A stretch of 64,000 nucleotides of DNA from Candidatus Aenigmatarchaeota archaeon (lineage in GTDB: Archaea; Thermoplasmatota; Thermoplasmata; Halarchaeoplasmatales; Halarchaeoplasmataceae): NCBI GenBank assembly GCA_046537845.1, contig JBKHKA010000004.1, forward strand, positions 24,586-88,585. Reading direction: 5' to 3'. Within the stretch, counting starts at the first letter, position 1. Every line of letters starts with the position of its first letter. Below are positions 60,084-64,000 of the stretch, in pieces. A program made the translations under genes and the position numbers. The notes under the pieces were generated by a model, which had not been told where the DNA came from, ran no database searches, and was given only the letters and a program-made list of their open reading frames with translations.

Positions 60084-63000
60084 GTATGAGTTTAAATGAG
60101 AGTAAATCAAGGATAGCCCTGGTAGGGCTTACAGTCTGTATTTTGATCGCTGCCGGTTTTGGAAGTACATTTATGGGCAGCGCCGAAGGACCGACAACAT
60201 CGTCGGATGGGATCGGTGTTGAGGAGAAAGGTCCTATTGAGAAGGTGCGTGAAGTAGAAAGCACAGAGTCCGTTCAAGACAGAAAAAATAAGTACATTTC
60301 TACCGACATGAGAGATGCTGCTGAAGAAGAAAACTTATCCCTTAAGTTCGATCAAAGCTATGAGAACGGTTCTATCGCCGCTACCAGCGTATATGAACCG
60401 GATCCTTATGGCACCGATGATCCAGAGTTACTCGATATGGAAGCAGCCGAGAACTTCTGGAGTGCGTCAGGGACCATAAGAAAGATCGGAGTTTACGGTC
60501 TAGCCTTATATTGGGATTATGAAGCTGAAGAATGGCGTGAAGAGACCCCCGACCTTTATGAGCCCTTCGATGTACGATTTTATGAGGGTGCCGGACCCAA
60601 CGCTGGGGAACCGGATTGGGACAACCCCGATAAAGAATGGAATCTCGATGGAGAGAGATTCGTTGAAGATGATGATTGGCACTGGGAAACCGCCGATGTC
60701 CTATACAGGTACGAGATCGAGCTGCCTGAACCACTCACTTGGGACGAAGGCTGGGTATCGGTCCAGATGGACAACGAGGAGAGTGTAACTAACTCCTGGA
60801 TACTATGGATGGAATCACCGGGTGAAGGCGACGGCCAGGGTTGGCAGCGGGCTAGAAAGATAGAAGGAGGCGAGGGTTCTACAACATACGACCAACTATC
60901 GTACGACCTAGCCTTTGAGTTATGGGGAGATGAAATAAGAACTGAACCCGCGGCGGCCTTGGACCTGAACAATGCAACCTTGAAAGGAAACCTTACCGGC
61001 TTAGCCGAAGGCGATGAAGCGGATGTATTTTTCAGATACAGAAGAGCTGGAGACACCGAATGGTCTGAAACTCCACCGGTGACCAAAAGTGATCCGGGTA
61101 CTTTCACTGAGAACTTGACCGATCTCTCGCCTATGCAGGAATACGAGTTCCAAGCGGTAGGTGAAGTTGAAGGAGTCGAATTCACTGGAGATATACTTTC
61201 ATTCACACCCGCTACTGTTTCTTCTACGACGCAGCTCGAAGAAGAATGGAAAAATTATGAAGAGATGAACTCGCTAAAAACCGTCGAAGACGACCTCGCT
61301 CTAGATGCGGTAGAAGTGGGCAGCGAAACATTCAATTTCACTGGCGAAAAGGAAACCGTCGATGTATCGGGATACTCCCAAATGAAAGTCGAGATGTGGG
61401 GTGCCGGAGGCGGTGGTGAAGACGGCGATGATTACTATGCCGGCGGCGATGGGGGTTATGTTGAAGCCCTGCTGAACGTCTCCGAATTTGATGAGCTCGA
61501 TATCTGGGTGGGAGAAGGTGGAGGATACGGCGGTCCAGGCGGTTGGGGCCGCCACAACGGTGGAGACGGCGATACCAATACTGGGGGAGGCGGCGGCTCT
61601 ACGGAGATAGTGGCCGACGACGGTACGTTTTTAGCCGCAGCTGATGCTGGAGGAGGAGCAGGCTATTTAGGGTGGATTATTGATTATGAAGGTGGGGGGG
61701 GAGCCCGAGGCGGCGAAGGTTACAACGACGGCGAAGGTGAAGGCCGCGGCGGTGACGGCGGTATAGGCGGTTCAGACGGAGCTCCTGGAAGCGGCGAGAT
61801 CAATTTCGACCTGCTGTTGGATGAAGCAGAGATAACAAGAGGAGATGGATCCAGCGGCGGCCTCGGCGGAGATGGCAGCGACGGGTTGATATCTACCACT
61901 TATTATGCGAACGAATACGAAGGAGAGCGCATTTCCGAGCCTATATCACTCGACGAGATCGAGAGCGTAGGAGATAATGTCATAGATTGGACTGAAGAAA
62001 TTCAGGAAGGTACCAACGTTACCGTCTATACGGGAATATCTGGCGACAGCGAAGCACTTCCTGAAACTTGGGATCATGCGGAAAAAGGTGAACCGATCCC
62101 GAGCATAGACGAGGGTGAAGACCTCACGGGCCGGTACCTGTGGACAAGACAAGTATTGACCACTACCGATGCTTCAGTCACTCCCCGTCTGTCCGATCTG
62201 AGGATTGGAATAATAGACGGATTAGAGACCCTGAATCTCGAAGTGAGATCAGAAAAAGGCGGCACAACGGATCCCGCCCCAGGAAATTATACCTATATGG
62301 TTGGTGATGAGGTCACCGTACAGGCCCTTCCGGACGACGGTTGGATATTCGACAACTGGACGGGAGATGTATCACAAGGCGAAGAAGACCAAGACGAGAT
62401 AACCATGACGATGGATACAAACAAGGAAGTAACCGCCCACTTTTTAAAAGAAGCAACCTTCGAGGTAGAGATCCTCTCGCCTGAAGACGGCGATAGGTTC
62501 ATCGAGAATGAAAGCGTAGAGGTGGAATACCGGGTGAACAATACAGGGGACTTCAACGATACGCAGACGATAGCATTAGAAGTAGATGATGAACAGATAG
62601 ATACTAATGAAGTCACCCTTGAAAGCGGTGAGAGCTATACCGACACGTTCACTTGGGAGCCTAGTGAGAATTTCATAGGTGAGAATAACGTGTTCGTGAG
62701 CAGCGATGATGATCAGGATAACATCTCCGTTACCGTGTTAGAGGAAGGTATATTCTATACTGAGATAATCGACTCTGATGAAGAAGTAGTAGAGGGAGAG
62801 TCAGCTAGTGTGACGAGCGAGATAACCAATACAGGTAATGAGGAAGTGACTCAGGATGTATCCTTTGTGGTTTATGATCAGGACGATGTCGTTTACGAAG
62901 ATACAGAGACCGTAACACTTCAAGGTGAAGAGACCTCCGTTGAGGCCTTTACCTGGCAGACAGAGGAAGGAGAAGCTGGAGAGTATGAAACCGTAGTGGC

Positions 63001-64000
63001 GAGTGAGGGATCTGAAGATAGAGTCAATCTAACGGTCCTAGAAGACGCCTATTTTGATCTAGATATAGTAGACTTTGACGAAGAAGTGCTCGAGGGCGAT
63101 ACCGCCTATGTGAATTTCACGGTCATGAACACGGGAGAAGTAGAGGGTACAAAGGATGTCGAAATAAGTATTTATGATGAAAATGGAGAGAGCGTCGTAG
63201 AAGAACATCTTGAGATAACTCTAACGGCTGGAGAAGAAAAAGAAGTATCCTTTCCATGGGAGACCGAAGAAGGAGACGCTGGCAATTATGATGCGGTGAT
63301 ATCGAGTGAAGATGCCGAGCAAAGCGTTGAGATGGTGGTCCTACCTCAGATTTATTTCGAAGTAGAGATGATCGATTACGAGGATAATATCGTTGAAGGT
63401 GATGATCTCGAAGTGACCGTAGAAGTAGAAAATACGGGCGTGGTAGAGGCTACCCAGGACATAAAGCTTTTAGATTTCAACGGAGATGTAGCGGATGTAG
63501 AAGGGGACGTGGAGCTAGGGCCAGGAGAATCTACAGAAATAACCTTGACCTGGCAGATCGAAGAAGGAGATGAAGGAACCGATGAGATAACGGTGGCTAG
63601 CGAAGACGAAACGGTCAGTCAACAGGTAACGATAGAAACTAGAAGTCCTCATTTTGAAGTGGAAGTAACCGATCACGATGAAGAAGCGGTCGAAGGAGAA
63701 GAGCTCCTTGTCAATTATACGGTCACCAATACTGGAAATGTAGAAGACACTCAGACAATAGAGGTGAGTTTAGACGGCGCATTAGAAGATAGTGAGGAAG
63801 TCACACTGGGTCCTGGTGAAGATCATGACGGTGAGTTCAGCTGGCAGACGGAAGAAGGCGATGCAGGAGAGTACGATATCGTGGTAGCCAGCGAGGACGA
63901 GGAAGCGGAGATCACAGTTACCGTGATGGAGCCCGCATTTTTCGAGGTCGAAATAGAGGATTACGACGAAGAAGTGGTCGAAGGAGAAGAGATCGTGATA
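60084..64000 (+). CDS. Very large secreted/cell-surface protein (more than 1305 aa, 3' end beyond the window): signal/TM anchor, glycine-rich domain, divergent InlB-B-repeat-like domain and tandem CARDB-like repeats
   Basis: I translated it by hand from the ATG at 60084 (preceded by GGAGGT) and found no stop through 64000. The N-terminus RIALVGLTVCILIAAGF is hydrophobic. The Gly-rich block is MWGAGGGGEDGDDYYAGGDGGYVEA...VGEGGGYGGPGG. The protein is extremely acidic. Confidence 0.8.
62446..64000 (+). repeat. About six tandem coding repeats with a period near 300 nt (about 100 aa), CARDB-like domains
   Basis: The units begin near 62446, 62738, 63038, 63341, 63641 and 63926. The shared pattern is FEVE..D.DEEVVEGE...V.V.NTG.VE.TQD..V.L.......V.L..GE.....F.WQTEEGDAGEYD.VVASED. 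Confidence 0.7.

Noticed and set aside
62446-64000. 300-nt periodicity that could superficially resemble a repeat array
   Set aside because: The period is about 300 nt with no short conserved direct repeats and unique spacers. The whole region is one continuous reading frame encoding CARDB-like protein domain repeats. It is not a CRISPR array.
1-64000. tRNA, rRNA, integrase, transposase or restriction-modification genes
   Set aside because: I found no T-loop-like GGTTCGAATCC or cloverleaf candidates in the intergenic regions, and no recombinase or nuclease motifs in any ORF. Apart from the pseudogene scar at 59.3 kb, the window looks like a stable core chromosome rather than a mobile island.

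Overview
This window is a gene-dense, clearly archaeal chromosomal segment. The archaeal markers are TATA-binding protein, Nop10, a PAC2-family protein, split transketolase, the HMG-CoA synthase/thiolase/DUF35 trio, HdrCBA and MvhDGA. Proteins are very acidic (rich in E and D) but also rich in K. No rRNA, tRNA, CRISPR array, integrase or transposase was seen.

Approximate layout along the window:
- 0.2-4.4 kb: a multi-PAS sensor histidine kinase and response regulator pair.
- 4.4-23 kb: housekeeping genes: ArsR regulator, PurN, split transketolase, transaldolase, Nop10, PAC2, DHH phosphoesterase, M50 protease, a radical-SAM protein next to a lipoate ligase, bacterial-type MetK, TBP, and the mevalonate-entry trio.
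- 23-31 kb: S9 peptidase, a large wHTH-ATPase-TPR STAND protein, an acyl-CoA ligase and an MBL hydrolase.
- 31.8-35.7 kb: a B12 methylmalonyl-CoA mutase module (small subunit, MeaB, large subunit, cobalamin adenosyltransferase).
- 36.6-48.8 kb: the most striking part: a single-strand array of 12 genes. It joins a beta-oxidation-type module (acyl-CoA dehydrogenase, EtfB, EtfA, thiolase, 3-hydroxyacyl-CoA dehydrogenase, enoyl-CoA hydratase) directly to HdrC-HdrB-HdrA-MvhD-MvhG-MvhA.
- 49-53 kb: propionate--CoA ligase, an acetate-channel homolog and a family III CoA-transferase.
- 53.1-59.0 kb: a polyhydroxyalkanoate locus. It has two phasin-like acidic coiled-coil proteins, a PhaE-like protein, a class III PhaC with an unusual C-terminal helix-hairpin-helix tail, and two PhaB-like reductases.
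- 59.3-59.9 kb: a decayed hbd'-crt' fusion pseudogene, a partial copy of the genes at 40.9-42.5 kb.
- 60.1-64.0 kb (runs off the window end): a secreted giant protein with a glycine-rich domain and about six tandem CARDB-like repeats of roughly 100 aa each.

An 11-nt motif (TACCACCTATG) with a companion box (AATCGAAGAGTT) recurs upstream of the thiolase, prpE and phasin/CoA-transferase promoters. I could not run database searches. All calls rest on motifs I recognise in the translations and on gene context.
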